Positions 15,671-25,419 of a stretch of DNA of 25,419 bases are shown piece after piece. The stretch's first letter is position 1, and every line of letters begins with the position of its first letter. Origin of the DNA: Acidimicrobiia bacterium. Lineage in GTDB: Bacteria > Actinomycetota > Acidimicrobiia > Spongiisociales > ZC4RG35. The stretch covers positions 1 through 25,419 of the forward strand of contig DATHUL010000041.1 in assembly GCA_035462285.1 (NCBI GenBank), given 5' to 3'. Under the pieces are notes generated by a model. The model was not told where the DNA came from. It worked only from the letters and a program-made list of their open reading frames with translations, and made no database searches. Made by a program: the position numbers and the translations under genes.

Positions 15671-16620
15671 GCGATTGGGTGTTCAAGGCGGAGGGCGTCA
15701 CCAAGAGCTACGACAAGGGCAAGAGCTTTGCCAATCGGGACATCACGATCGAGGTCCGGCCCGGCGAGGTGTACGGGCTGCTCGGGCCCAACGGAGCCGG
15801 CAAGTCCACCTTCGTCAAACAGATGATCGGGCTGCTCAAGCCGAACTCGGGCACCATGCATCTAGGAGAGCACGACCTGATCGCGGACCCCGACGCCGCC
15901 CGGCAGCTCTGCTCCTATCTGCCACAGGCACCGATGCCGATCGAGTCCTTCAAGCTGCATGAGGCGGTGCGTCTCGCCGGAGAGATCCGGGGTGGCGAGC
16001 GTTCCGCGATCATGGCCCGAGCCGACGAGCTGATCGATGTGCTCGAGATAGGCGAATGGCGTGACACGTTGGGGGCCAAGCTCTCGGGTGGTGTCCGCCG
16101 TCTGGTCGGTTTCGTCATGGTCACCGTGGTCCCGGGGCGGGTGGTCATCCTCGACGAGCCGACCAACGACGTCGACCCGCTGCGTCGCCGGCTTCTCTGG
16201 GAGCAGATCCGGCACCTCGGCGAGATGGGTGCTGCCGTGTTCCTGGTCACCCACAATGTGATGGAGGCGGAGAAGGCGGTGGATCGTCTCGCCATCATCT
16301 CCGATGGGACGCTGGTGGCGGAGGGCACCCCTTCGTCCCTGAAGATCGCCGACCGCGGGTGTCTGAGACTGCAGGTCATGCTCAGCCCCGGATCACTCAC
16401 CCCGGAGCTGCCGCCCCTGGTCCGGGAGCATTCGCGGGTGGGCAACAACCTGCTCTCGATAATCGACGAGGAGAATGCGGCAGACGGCATCGCCTGGGCT
16501 CAGCGGTTGATCGGTGATGGGATCGCCGAGGAGTACGCCCTGGGCGCCATCACCCTCGAGGACGCCTACATCCGTCTGACCGGCCACCGCTCCGCAGAGC
16601 CGGTGGAGGTGGCATCGTGA
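15667..16620 (+). CDS. ABC exporter ATP-binding protein (DrrA-like), 317 aa
   Basis: GTG start coupled to the upstream stop (GTGA); GPNGAGKST, LSGGVRR, VILDEPT, VTH. Confidence 0.93.
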   Translation: MSDWVFKAEGVTKSYDKGKSFANRDITIEVRPGEVYGLLGPNGAGKSTFVKQMIGLLKPNSGTMHLGEHDLIADPDAARQLCSYLPQAPMPIESFKLHEAVRLAGEIRGGERSAIMARADELIDVLEIGEWRDTLGAKLSGGVRRLVGFVMVTVVPGRVVILDEPTNDVDPLRRRLLWEQIRHLGEMGAAVFLVTHNVMEAEKAVDRLAIISDGTLVAEGTPSSLKIADRGCLRLQVMLSPGSLTPELPPLVREHSRVGNNLLSIIDEENAADGIAWAQRLIGDGIAEEYALGAITLEDAYIRLTGHRSAEPVEVAS

Positions 16621-17402
16621 CCGCGAGCCCGGTCACGCCCCCGCTCGTCATCCGGACCGGGACCGGCAACTGGTGGCGGAGTCTGAGCGCAATGCTGCGC
16701 TGGCACCTGACCTCGATGCGTCTCTTCCTGCCGGTGCTGATCGTGGTCCAGATGCTGGTAGCCGCCGGCTTCTCGGTGGGGATCAGTCTCTTCTTCACCG
16801 AGGTGAGCACGACGGTGGCTCTCTATCTGGCCACCGGCGCGGCGATCATCGCTCTCGTCCTGGTGGGTCTGGTGGTGGCTCCCCAGCTCATCGCCTCGGA
16901 GAAGGATGCGGGCACCTACGACTTCAGCTGGTCACTGCCAGTCCCCCGATCGGCGGCGGTGGCGGCCTGGGTGCTGTTGTGTGCCGTGGTCAGCATCCCG
17001 TCCATGCTCATGGCTCTGCTCGTCGCCGGGCTGCGTCTCGAGGTCGAGTACCAGGTTTCGTGGAGCATCGTGCCGGCGGTGGTCCTCGTCCTCGTATCAG
17101 GGACCATGATCGGGTACGGCCTGGCTCACTCCATCGAAAGGACGAGCCTGACCCAGCTTCTCTCCCAGATCCTCGCCTTCGGGCTCCTCGGGTTCACTCC
17201 GATCACGTACCCGATCGAGAACCTCCCGGACTGGCTCGGCTCCGTGCACCGGGTCCTGCCCTTCTATCACATGGGGGTGATCGTGAGAGGAGGCCTCACC
17301 GAGGGCATCGTCGCGGACCTCGGAGTCTCGTACCTCATCGTGCTGGCCTGGACCATCATCGCCGTCGGGTTGACCGCCCTCGTCCTGGGGAGGCGCAAGT
17401 GA
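16617..17402 (+). CDS. ABC-2 type permease, 261 aa
   Basis: About six TMs, EKDAGTYDFSWSLPV and PIENLPDWL..V..VLP motifs; GTGA coupling. Confidence 0.92.
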   Translation: MTASPVTPPLVIRTGTGNWWRSLSAMLRWHLTSMRLFLPVLIVVQMLVAAGFSVGISLFFTEVSTTVALYLATGAAIIALVLVGLVVAPQLIASEKDAGTYDFSWSLPVPRSAAVAAWVLLCAVVSIPSMLMALLVAGLRLEVEYQVSWSIVPAVVLVLVSGTMIGYGLAHSIERTSLTQLLSQILAFGLLGFTPITYPIENLPDWLGSVHRVLPFYHMGVIVRGGLTEGIVADLGVSYLIVLAWTIIAVGLTALVLGRRK

Positions 17403-18178
17403 CTGCAACGACGATTGAGACACCGGTCCGGAGCGGGCCCTCATACTGGTGGGCCAGCTACACCGCGATGCTGAGCTGGGTGCTCACCCAGCAGAAGATC
17501 CTCTTCACCGGAATCGTCTTCACCCAGTTCGTGATGGGGATAGGCGCCGCGGTCATGTACAAGTTCTACCTGGGATCCCTGGAGCCGCGCACCGCCCTCT
17601 TCCTCGTCACCGGCATCCCCGCGCTGTCATTGATCCCGGTCGGGTTCGTCATGGTGCCGATCCTGGTCATGCAGGAGAAGTCGCGGGGCACCCACGACTT
17701 CACCTGGTCGCTGCCGGTCCCCCGTCTCGCCCCGGTGGCGGCAACGTTCACCGTGTTCACCGCGATCTCGATGCCTATCGCCGCCCTGTCCACCCTGCTG
17801 GCGTCGAGGCAGTTCGAGGTGACCCTCGATGTCTCATGGACGGTGGTGCCGTTGGCCCTTCTCGCCTCCCTGATGGCCACTTCGGTCGGCTACGGGATGG
17901 CCATTGCCATCCCCGAGCCGCGCATCACCAACTTGATCACCAACGTCGTGATCTTCGTGGTCCTTCTCTTCTCGCCGATCGTGATCCCTATCGATCGCTT
18001 TCCCGACTGGGCGGAGACGGCGCATCGGGTCCTCCCCTTCTACCACATGGCCAACCTGATCAGGAGCAGTCTCAGCGAAGGGCTGGCCACCGACGTCGCC
18101 GTCTCACGCACCATCCTTATCGCCTGGACCGTCCTCGGCTGGGCGGTGGTGGCCCGGGTGGTGGGGAAGCGGGGGTAG
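17399..18178 (+). CDS. ABC-2 type permease (paralogue of the preceding gene), 259 aa
   Basis: GTG start coupled to the upstream stop (the track's 16673 start is an overlap artefact); EKSRGTHDFTWSLPV and PIDRFPDWA...HRVLP. Confidence 0.9.
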   Translation: MTATTIETPVRSGPSYWWASYTAMLSWVLTQQKILFTGIVFTQFVMGIGAAVMYKFYLGSLEPRTALFLVTGIPALSLIPVGFVMVPILVMQEKSRGTHDFTWSLPVPRLAPVAATFTVFTAISMPIAALSTLLASRQFEVTLDVSWTVVPLALLASLMATSVGYGMAIAIPEPRITNLITNVVIFVVLLFSPIVIPIDRFPDWAETAHRVLPFYHMANLIRSSLSEGLATDVAVSRTILIAWTVLGWAVVARVVGKRG

Positions 18179-18184
18179 GCGCCG

Positions 18185-18210
18185 GAGGCCTGGCCAGCCG
18201 GCCAGGCTTC
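18185..18210. terminator. Hairpin between convergent ABC operons
   Basis: gaggcctggcc-agcc-ggccaggcttc, an 11-bp stem with one G-U pair, between the stops at 18178 and 18209. Confidence 0.7.
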
Positions 18211-19813
18211 AGACCACCTGGACCCAGGCGAGTACCTCGGGCATGCGACGACGGAGGAGACGGCCGGCGACGTACAGCGAGATCAGGTAGAGACCGAGCC
18301 CCCAGCCGATCGCCACGACAGCCGCGATCCAGGGTGCCAGGGCCTGGCCGAACTCGACGGTCAGCACCACCGCCGAAGCCGGCGGCACCAACAGGATGCC
18401 GATGGCGAAGAACGACACGGTCTGGCTGACTATGGCCAGACAACCCTGCTCGGTCGATTGGGCGAACACATCGGTCCCTTCCCGGGGCAAGCGGAGCGGG
18501 GTAAGCACTGAGACGATGTTGCCCACCGCCAGCTGGGAACCTATGGCAGCCAGTGTCAGCGGCGCCACCAGCCACACCCAGGTCCACTGACCGGTGAACA
18601 GGGCGAGGCCGATGGTGAGCACGGTTGTCTCCACCACCAGCGCGATCGCCACCGCCAGGTTCTTGCCGAGGAGGATCTGATGGGCCCGGGGAGGGAGGAC
18701 GAACAGGTAGCTGGCCGCATTGCGCTCCCAGCCGAAGAGGTTGAGGGCGATGGGGAGTCCCACGAACAGGACCAGGATCGGAGCAACCAGCGGGGCCCAT
18801 TCCCGTTCCCGCAGGTCGAAGAAGCCCGTTGCATTCATGACAACCCCGCCGATCGCCAGGCCGACGAAGATGACCGTCCCGGTCCACACCAGACGCTGAC
18901 GAGGATCGCGCAAATAGAACCGAAGCTCCTTGCGGGCCATGGTCGGGATCACCCCCCAGGGCCCCACGGTCAAACCCAGCCTTCGGGCTCGGGACGCCGG
19001 TCTGCTCTGTTGCGCCGGGGTGGTGAGCAGCCAGTCGAGCAGGCCCCGCCAGAGCAGGGCGAGGAGGAGGAGACCGGCCAGCCCGGCGGTCAGGGCGAGA
19101 AGGGCCCCGCCCACCTGCCCGTCAGCGGCGGCGATCACGGCCTTCTGCGCCGCCACCGGCGGGATGAGAGGCCACCAATCGAGGATCGGGGTGGCCATGG
19201 CCGCTCCCCCGATACCGAGACGGTCAACGCTGTCGCTGACCGAGCGGTAGGTGAAGAACGATCCGGCGGCCAGCCCGAGCACGATGAAGGTGGCGATGTC
19301 ACGCCCTCTGCGGGTGCGGAGAACGGCGGAGATCGCCGACGAGAAGAGCAGGCCCCCCACCGAGAGCAGACCGAGGAAGAGGAGGGAGGCGGGGATGGTC
19401 ATCCACCACGCCTCCGCCATCCCGGCCCCGTTCGCCGACAACAGGAACAGGGGCACGACCGTCGATGGAGCCACGAAGCCGGCGGCGGCGAGACCGGTCA
19501 CCATCCGGTTGGGCGAGATGGGGAGGGTGGCGAGCTGCTGGGGGTCGAGGTTCTCGTCGAGCGGGAAGATGACGACCGGAAGGGTCACCCAGACCAGGAA
19601 TGCGAACAGGGCGCTCCAGGCCAGGTAGTCGGGCAGCGCCCCTGGATCGGTCTCACCGAGCCAGACCAGGGTCCGATAGTGCGACCGGGCCAGCCAGATC
19701 CCGGCCCAGCCGAGGAGGATGACGGCGACGGGCAGCCCGATCCGCCGCTGCTTGTCGCTGCGGAACCCGTTCCAGGTGAGTCGGGCCTTGAGCCCGACCA
19801 GTGTCCCGACCAC
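18209..19813 (-). CDS. Putative ABC-2 exporter permease (multi-TM, EcsB-like), 534 aa
   Basis: GTG start overlaps the ATPase TAG by 1 nt; LKARLTWNG N-terminus, LDPQQLATLPIS motif, ARKELRFYLRDPR at the start of the second half, many TMs. Confidence 0.88.
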   Translation of the reverse strand: MVGTLVGLKARLTWNGFRSDKQRRIGLPVAVILLGWAGIWLARSHYRTLVWLGETDPGALPDYLAWSALFAFLVWVTLPVVIFPLDENLDPQQLATLPISPNRMVTGLAAAGFVAPSTVVPLFLLSANGAGMAEAWWMTIPASLLFLGLLSVGGLLFSSAISAVLRTRRGRDIATFIVLGLAAGSFFTYRSVSDSVDRLGIGGAAMATPILDWWPLIPPVAAQKAVIAAADGQVGGALLALTAGLAGLLLLALLWRGLLDWLLTTPAQQSRPASRARRLGLTVGPWGVIPTMARKELRFYLRDPRQRLVWTGTVIFVGLAIGGVVMNATGFFDLREREWAPLVAPILVLFVGLPIALNLFGWERNAASYLFVLPPRAHQILLGKNLAVAIALVVETTVLTIGLALFTGQWTWVWLVAPLTLAAIGSQLAVGNIVSVLTPLRLPREGTDVFAQSTEQGCLAIVSQTVSFFAIGILLVPPASAVVLTVEFGQALAPWIAAVVAIGWGLGLYLISLYVAGRLLRRRMPEVLAWVQVV

Positions 19814-20613
19814 TAGCCGGCGTACCAGGACGAGTCCGTGGTGCGTCCACCCACCGCGGAGATGAATGCGTCTTCGACGTTGTCGACGCCCATCCGGCGG
19901 CACAACCCCTCGGGGGTCTCTTCGATGGTCAGGCGCCCGGCGACCATGATCCCGATCCTGGTGCACAGCTTCTCGACCAGATGCATCTCGTGGGAGGAGA
20001 AGACGATGGTGGTGCCGCCCTGGGCGGCCTGTTGCAGGAGACTGCGGATCAGCCGGGCCGACACCGCGTCGACACCTTCGAAGGGCTCGTCGAGGAACAG
20101 GACCGGGGGACGATGGATGATGGCGGCGCCGAGGGCGATCTTCTTGCGCATTCCTCTCGAGTAGTCGCCGACCAGCTTCGACCCGGCCTCGATCAGGTCG
20201 AGCATGTCGAGCAGTTCGTTGCGTCGCCGTGTCGCCTCGTGACGGTCCAGGCCGTGCATGGCGGCGGTGAAGTCGAGCAGCTCGGCCCCGGTCAGTCGCT
20301 CGTACAGGTTGAACTCCTCGGGGAGGACTCCGATCCGGGCCTTGACCTCGGTCGGGCTCTGCCATGTGTCGAACTCACCGATCCCCACCGAGCCGGCGTT
20401 GGGGCGGAGAAGACCAACGATCGACTTGATGGTGGTTGTCTTCCCGGCCCCGTTCTGACCGAGCAGCCCGTAGAACTCGCCCGCCTGTATGGAGAGGTCG
20501 ACTCGATCGACCGCCACCGTCTTCCCGAACTTGCGGACCAGCCCCCGGGCCCACACCGCAGGCGGTGCCGATACCGCGTCGGTGGATGGCTCCTCGGTGA
20601 GCGATTGGGTCAC
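19813..20613 (-). CDS. ABC exporter ATP-binding protein, 266 aa
   Basis: GQNGAGKTT, YSRGMRKK, LFLDEPFEGVD, SSH. Start placed at GTG 20613 because the track's 20769 start overlaps dnaX; the exact start is uncertain. Confidence 0.9.
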   Translation of the reverse strand: MTQSLTEEPSTDAVSAPPAVWARGLVRKFGKTVAVDRVDLSIQAGEFYGLLGQNGAGKTTTIKSIVGLLRPNAGSVGIGEFDTWQSPTEVKARIGVLPEEFNLYERLTGAELLDFTAAMHGLDRHEATRRRNELLDMLDLIEAGSKLVGDYSRGMRKKIALGAAIIHRPPVLFLDEPFEGVDAVSARLIRSLLQQAAQGGTTIVFSSHEMHLVEKLCTRIGIMVAGRLTIEETPEGLCRRMGVDNVEDAFISAVGGRTTDSSWYAG

Positions 20614-20664
20614 CTGCGAAGTATCGACGGAACCGGCCCGTAACCGAAGGGGAAGTACCGGTTG

Positions 20665-20724
20665 TCGGTAGTCGCTGATCGGTGTCGGACTACTGACCAC
20701 TGAGAACCGACTACTGATTACCGT
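20665..20724. promoter_or_regulatory. Divergent promoter region with phased CGACTAC(T/C)GA repeats and the dnaX -10 element
   Basis: tcggtagtcg (20665-20674, inverted copy), ggactactga (20687-20696), cgactactga (20708-20717); TACCGT at 20719-20724, 8 nt before GTG 20733. Confidence 0.55.
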
Positions 20725-20732
20725 AGACCCCG

Positions 20733-22457
<1,725 letters not shown>

Positions 22458-22459
22458 CC

Positions 22460-22485
22460 TTGTCCCCCGCTAGGCAGGGGGACAA
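22460..22485. terminator. Hairpin between dnaX and ybaB
   Basis: ttgtccccc (22460-22468) pairs with gggggacaa (22477-22485). It is followed by TACCGT (22487-22492), 8 nt before the ybaB ATG. Confidence 0.55.
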
Positions 22486-22500
22486 CTACCGTGGGCGACG

Positions 22501-22824
22501 ATGAACCGTCAGCCCGACATGCGTCAGCTCATGGCACAAGCACAAAAGATGCAAGAGCAGCTGGCTGCTGCCCAACAGGAGCTGGCGACGCGGACCTTCG
22601 AGGGAAGTGCCGGCGGGGGGATGGTGGTCGCCACCGTCACCGGCGCCCAGGAGTTGGTCGAGATATCGATTTCTCCCGAAGTGGTCGATCCCGACGATGT
22701 GGAGATGCTTCAGGACCTGGTGGTGGCCGCGGTTCGGCAGGCGTTCGAAGCCGCATCGAGCGCGGCGTCCGACCAGCTGGGAGGGCTCACCGGAGGTCTC
22801 GACCTCGGTGGCCTGCTCGGTTGA
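22501..22824 (+). CDS. ybaB: YbaB/EbfC family nucleoid-associated protein, 107 aa
   Basis: [43 protein letters not shown]; located between dnaX and recR. Confidence 0.96.
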   Translation: MNRQPDMRQLMAQAQKMQEQLAAAQQELATRTFEGSAGGGMVVATVTGAQELVEISISPEVVDPDDVEMLQDLVVAAVRQAFEAASSAASDQLGGLTGGLDLGGLLG

Positions 22825-23417
22825 TGTTCGAGGGGCCGGTCCAGCGTCTCATCGACGAGATGGCCCGTCTCCCCGGGATCGGGCAGAAGACCGCGCAGCG
22901 ACTCGCCTTTCACATCCTCAGTGTCGAGGAAGCCGACGCCCGGCGTCTGGCCACCGCCATCAACGACATGAGGGATCAGGTGACCCTCTGTGAGCGCTGT
23001 TTCAACGTGGCGGCCGGAGACGAATGCGCAGTCTGTCGCGACACGCGTCGGGACACATCGTTGGTATGCGTGGTGGAGCGCCCTCAGGACATAATCGTGG
23101 TCGAGCGCACCCAGGAGTTCAGGGGGCGATATCACGTCCTGGGCGGGTCACTGTCGCCGATCAACGGGGTCGGCCCCGGTCAGCTCCGGATCGAGGAGTT
23201 GCGGGGGCGGATCGGGAGGGAAGAGATCAAGGAGTTGATCATCGCAACCAATCCGACAATGGAGGGCGACGCCACCGCGATGTACCTGGCCCGGGAGCTG
23301 AAGCCGCTCGGGGTCAAGGTGACCCGTCTCGCCTCCGGGCTTCCGGTCGGCGGCGACCTCGACTACGCCGACGAGCTCACCCTGGGCCGCGCCCTGGCCG
23401 GGAGGATGGAGCTCTAG
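22824..23417 (+). CDS. recR: Recombination mediator RecR, 197 aa
   Basis: ATG overlaps the ybaB TGA; [21 protein letters not shown]....[50 protein letters not shown]. Confidence 0.98.
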   Translation: MFEGPVQRLIDEMARLPGIGQKTAQRLAFHILSVEEADARRLATAINDMRDQVTLCERCFNVAAGDECAVCRDTRRDTSLVCVVERPQDIIVVERTQEFRGRYHVLGGSLSPINGVGPGQLRIEELRGRIGREEIKELIIATNPTMEGDATAMYLARELKPLGVKVTRLASGLPVGGDLDYADELTLGRALAGRMEL

Positions 23418-23426
23418 GGCCCGACC

Positions 23427-23446
23427 CGGGACTGTCTTCGGTCCCG
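23427..23446. terminator. Short hairpin after recR
   Basis: cgggac-tgtcttcg-gtcccg, 6-7 bp stem; weak. Confidence 0.35.
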
Positions 23447-23466
23447 CATCTCCGTAACCTTGTCGG

Positions 23467-24144
23467 GTGCGCCCCCTTCACATCGTGTGGGATTGGAACG
23501 GGACCCTGCTCGACGACCTCGACGTCGTGATCGAGTCGCTCAATGTCGGCACCGCCCGATTCGGGGTGGACCCGATCGACCACGACGGGTACCGCGACCA
23601 CTTCACCCGGCCGGTACGAGGGTTCTACGAGTCCTTGTTCGCCCGCCCCGTCACCGACATGGAATGGGCGCAGCTGAACAAATCATTCCATGACGAGTAC
23701 GAGGCCCGGGCGGAGCAGGCCCCGTTGACCAGGGGCGCCTCGGAGACGATCGACCGGGTGGTCGAGCTGGGTTGGTCCCAGTCCCTTCTCTCGATGTCGA
23801 TGCACGATCACCTGCTCCAGATCGTGGCCTCACATGGGATCGCCGACCGTTTCGTCTCCATCGACGGGCTGCCCAGCGCGACCGGGGGGCTGAAGGCAGG
23901 TCATCTGGAGACTCATCTCGCCAAGTTGCAAAGGGAGCCGGCCACCGTCCTGCTCATCGGCGACACCCCCGACGATGCCATCGCCGCACGAGATGTCGGC
24001 GCCGGGATCGTCCTCTACGACGGGGGCTCCCATCATCTCGACGCCCTGCACGCATTGGGGGCCCCGGTTGCCGGCACCCTGGAGGAGGCCCTCGATCTCG
24101 CGGTTCAGCTGGCCGGGAGCGAGACTCTCGAGGCCTGGCGGTGA
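23467..24144 (+). CDS. HAD-superfamily hydrolase (phosphoglycolate phosphatase-like), 225 aa
   Basis: HIVWDWNGTLLDD motif I, LLSMS, K, IGDTPDDA; TAACCT 6 nt before the GTG (leaderless). Confidence 0.9.
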   Translation: MRPLHIVWDWNGTLLDDLDVVIESLNVGTARFGVDPIDHDGYRDHFTRPVRGFYESLFARPVTDMEWAQLNKSFHDEYEARAEQAPLTRGASETIDRVVELGWSQSLLSMSMHDHLLQIVASHGIADRFVSIDGLPSATGGLKAGHLETHLAKLQREPATVLLIGDTPDDAIAARDVGAGIVLYDGGSHHLDALHALGAPVAGTLEEALDLAVQLAGSETLEAWR

Positions 24145-24974
24145 GCCGTCGTCGTGTGGTCTCGATGCTCACCGCATCCGCGGCGGTGCTGGCGTTGGGC
24201 TATGTGGTCGCGGTTGCCTCTCGTTCCTTGCCGGGAGCGACCGAGGGCGCGCCTCTGTTCGACCTGGACTTCCGATCCGATCTCGATCTCGGTCCGTTGC
24301 TCGCCTGGGCCCTGATCGCCCTCGCCGTCCTCGGCGTGGTTCTCTTCGCCCTGGCCCTGGGACAGGGCCAGTCTCGTGTCTCGGGGAGACGGCGCAGTCT
24401 CCTCGGCGCAGTGTTGGGCCTGCTTGTGTTGTTCGCCATCGTTCGGTGGTTGTGGCCCGCCGCCGAGACCCTGTTCGGTGAGGGGGCGGCCACCGGCGAG
24501 CCCGCCACCGAGGTCCTCGGCGAGGAACGCCGGGGCGCAGCCGGAGGATGGCTGCTCGGCATCCTGCTCGCTGCGGTGCTGGCGGCGGCACTGACCCGAA
24601 TCGGCCTCTCGATCAAGACCACGCCGGCCGTGTTCGGGCCCGTGGCGGATGAGAGGGTCACCGTGCTCCCGGCCGGCACCGGGACGGCACCGGTGCCCCG
24701 GGGGCTGGGCGACGATCCGCGGTCGAGGGTCATCGCCGCCTACGAGCGGTTCGAGAGGGAGTTGGCCGCTCTGGGGCGGCCGCGTCACGAGTCGGAGACC
24801 ACCGCCCGGCACGCATGGCGGGCGAGCAGGGAGCTCGATCTCTCCCCGGTCGATGTGGGCGAACTGGTGAGACATCACGCCCTGGCCCGTTACGGCGCCG
24901 CCCCGCCGACGGAGTCCGACGCCGCTGCCGCCGAAGGGTCGGCACAGCGTCTCACCCTAGGGCTGGGCGGATGA
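24141..24974 (+). CDS. Membrane protein with a C-terminal DUF4129-like domain, 277 aa
   Basis: GTG coupled to the HAD stop; about four TMs; DPRSRVIAAYERFE...RPRHESET...ARYG pattern. Confidence 0.82.
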   Translation: MSRRRVVSMLTASAAVLALGYVVAVASRSLPGATEGAPLFDLDFRSDLDLGPLLAWALIALAVLGVVLFALALGQGQSRVSGRRRSLLGAVLGLLVLFAIVRWLWPAAETLFGEGAATGEPATEVLGEERRGAAGGWLLGILLAAVLAAALTRIGLSIKTTPAVFGPVADERVTVLPAGTGTAPVPRGLGDDPRSRVIAAYERFERELAALGRPRHESETTARHAWRASRELDLSPVDVGELVRHHALARYGAAPPTESDAAAAEGSAQRLTLGLGG

Positions 24975-25419
24975 CCGGTCTCCTCGCCCGGGCCGTGCTC
25001 GTAGCCGGGGTCGCCGCCCTCGTCTTGTCCCAGCTCGACGGCGGGGTGGAGCTGTTGGTCTGGGAGTTGGTGCTGGTCGGGATCGTGATCTGGGAGCTGC
25101 GTCGGCTCCCCGGACGTCACCCCGCCGACGATCCACCCTTGTTCGACCTCGAGCCGGACGAGCCGAGACGGCTTCCCCGGGCGGTGTCCTCGATCGAGCT
25201 CGGCGTGATCGACGCCGTGTCGGGGCACTTGAGCCCGGAGCGAAGGCTGCAGCCGACGCTGCGGCGCATCGCGTCCCACCGGCTGGGGCGACTCGGGATC
25301 GGATTCGACACGTCCGACGCGGTCGGGCTCCTCGGGGAGGAGGAATGGTCGTGGCTGGCCGACCCGGGGGAGGAGTCGCCTGCCCCCGAGACGATCGAGA
25401 AGATCGTGTCGAGACTGGA
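24971..25419 (+). CDS. Hypothetical membrane protein, truncated by the window edge and absent from the ORF track
   Basis: ATG coupled to the upstream TGA. My translation MTGLLARAVLVAGVAALVLSQLDGGVELLVWELVLVGIVIWELRRLP...RRLQPTLRRIASHRL...LLGEEEWSWL...TIEKIVSRL stays open to the end. Confidence 0.85.
   Translation, partial: MTGLLARAVLVAGVAALVLSQLDGGVELLVWELVLVGIVIWELRRLPGRHPADDPPLFDLEPDEPRRLPRAVSSIELGVIDAVSGHLSPERRLQPTLRRIASHRLGRLGIGFDTSDAVGLLGEEEWSWLADPGEESPAPETIEKIVSRL

Noticed and set aside
20663-20704. Two TGTCGG hexamers resembling the PafBC/RecA-NDp promoter motif
   Set aside because: Neither is followed by TAnnnT at the required 10-nt spacing.
20614-20732. Possible SRP RNA (ffs), often found upstream of dnaX
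   Set aside because: No helix-8 CAGG...GGAA...AGCAG pattern or long closing stem is visible; an Rfam search would confirm.

Overview
High-GC chromosomal window. Leaderless-type promoters, Thr-rich lipoprotein linkers and the gene content suggest Actinomycetota, possibly Acidimicrobiia (inference, not tested). Left to right: a small uncharacterised membrane protein preceded by three phased DosR/DevR-like boxes; an SH3-domain lipoprotein; a dienoyl-CoA isomerase-type crotonase; an ABC-2 exporter divergent from a large AAA/TPR/LuxR (MalT-like STAND) regulator, which is followed by a 54-aa Arg-rich ORF; a 7.4 kb minus-strand phosphorus cluster (Na/Pi symporter, PhoU-domain protein, 5'(3')-nucleotidase, PhnD-PhnC-PhnE-like ABC importer with a greatly enlarged permease, dGTPase-like HD protein); two convergent ABC exporter operons, one led by a winged-helix regulator with a palindromic operator; dnaX-ybaB-recR; a HAD hydrolase; and the start of a DUF4129 cluster running off the right edge. 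I found no rRNA, tRNA, CRISPR array, transposase or integrase. The best candidate for an undescribed system is the phosphorus cluster, where a phn-type importer has no C-P lyase in the window but is flanked by two cytoplasmic nucleotide phosphohydrolases. All family calls come from motif recognition by eye; no database searches were run.
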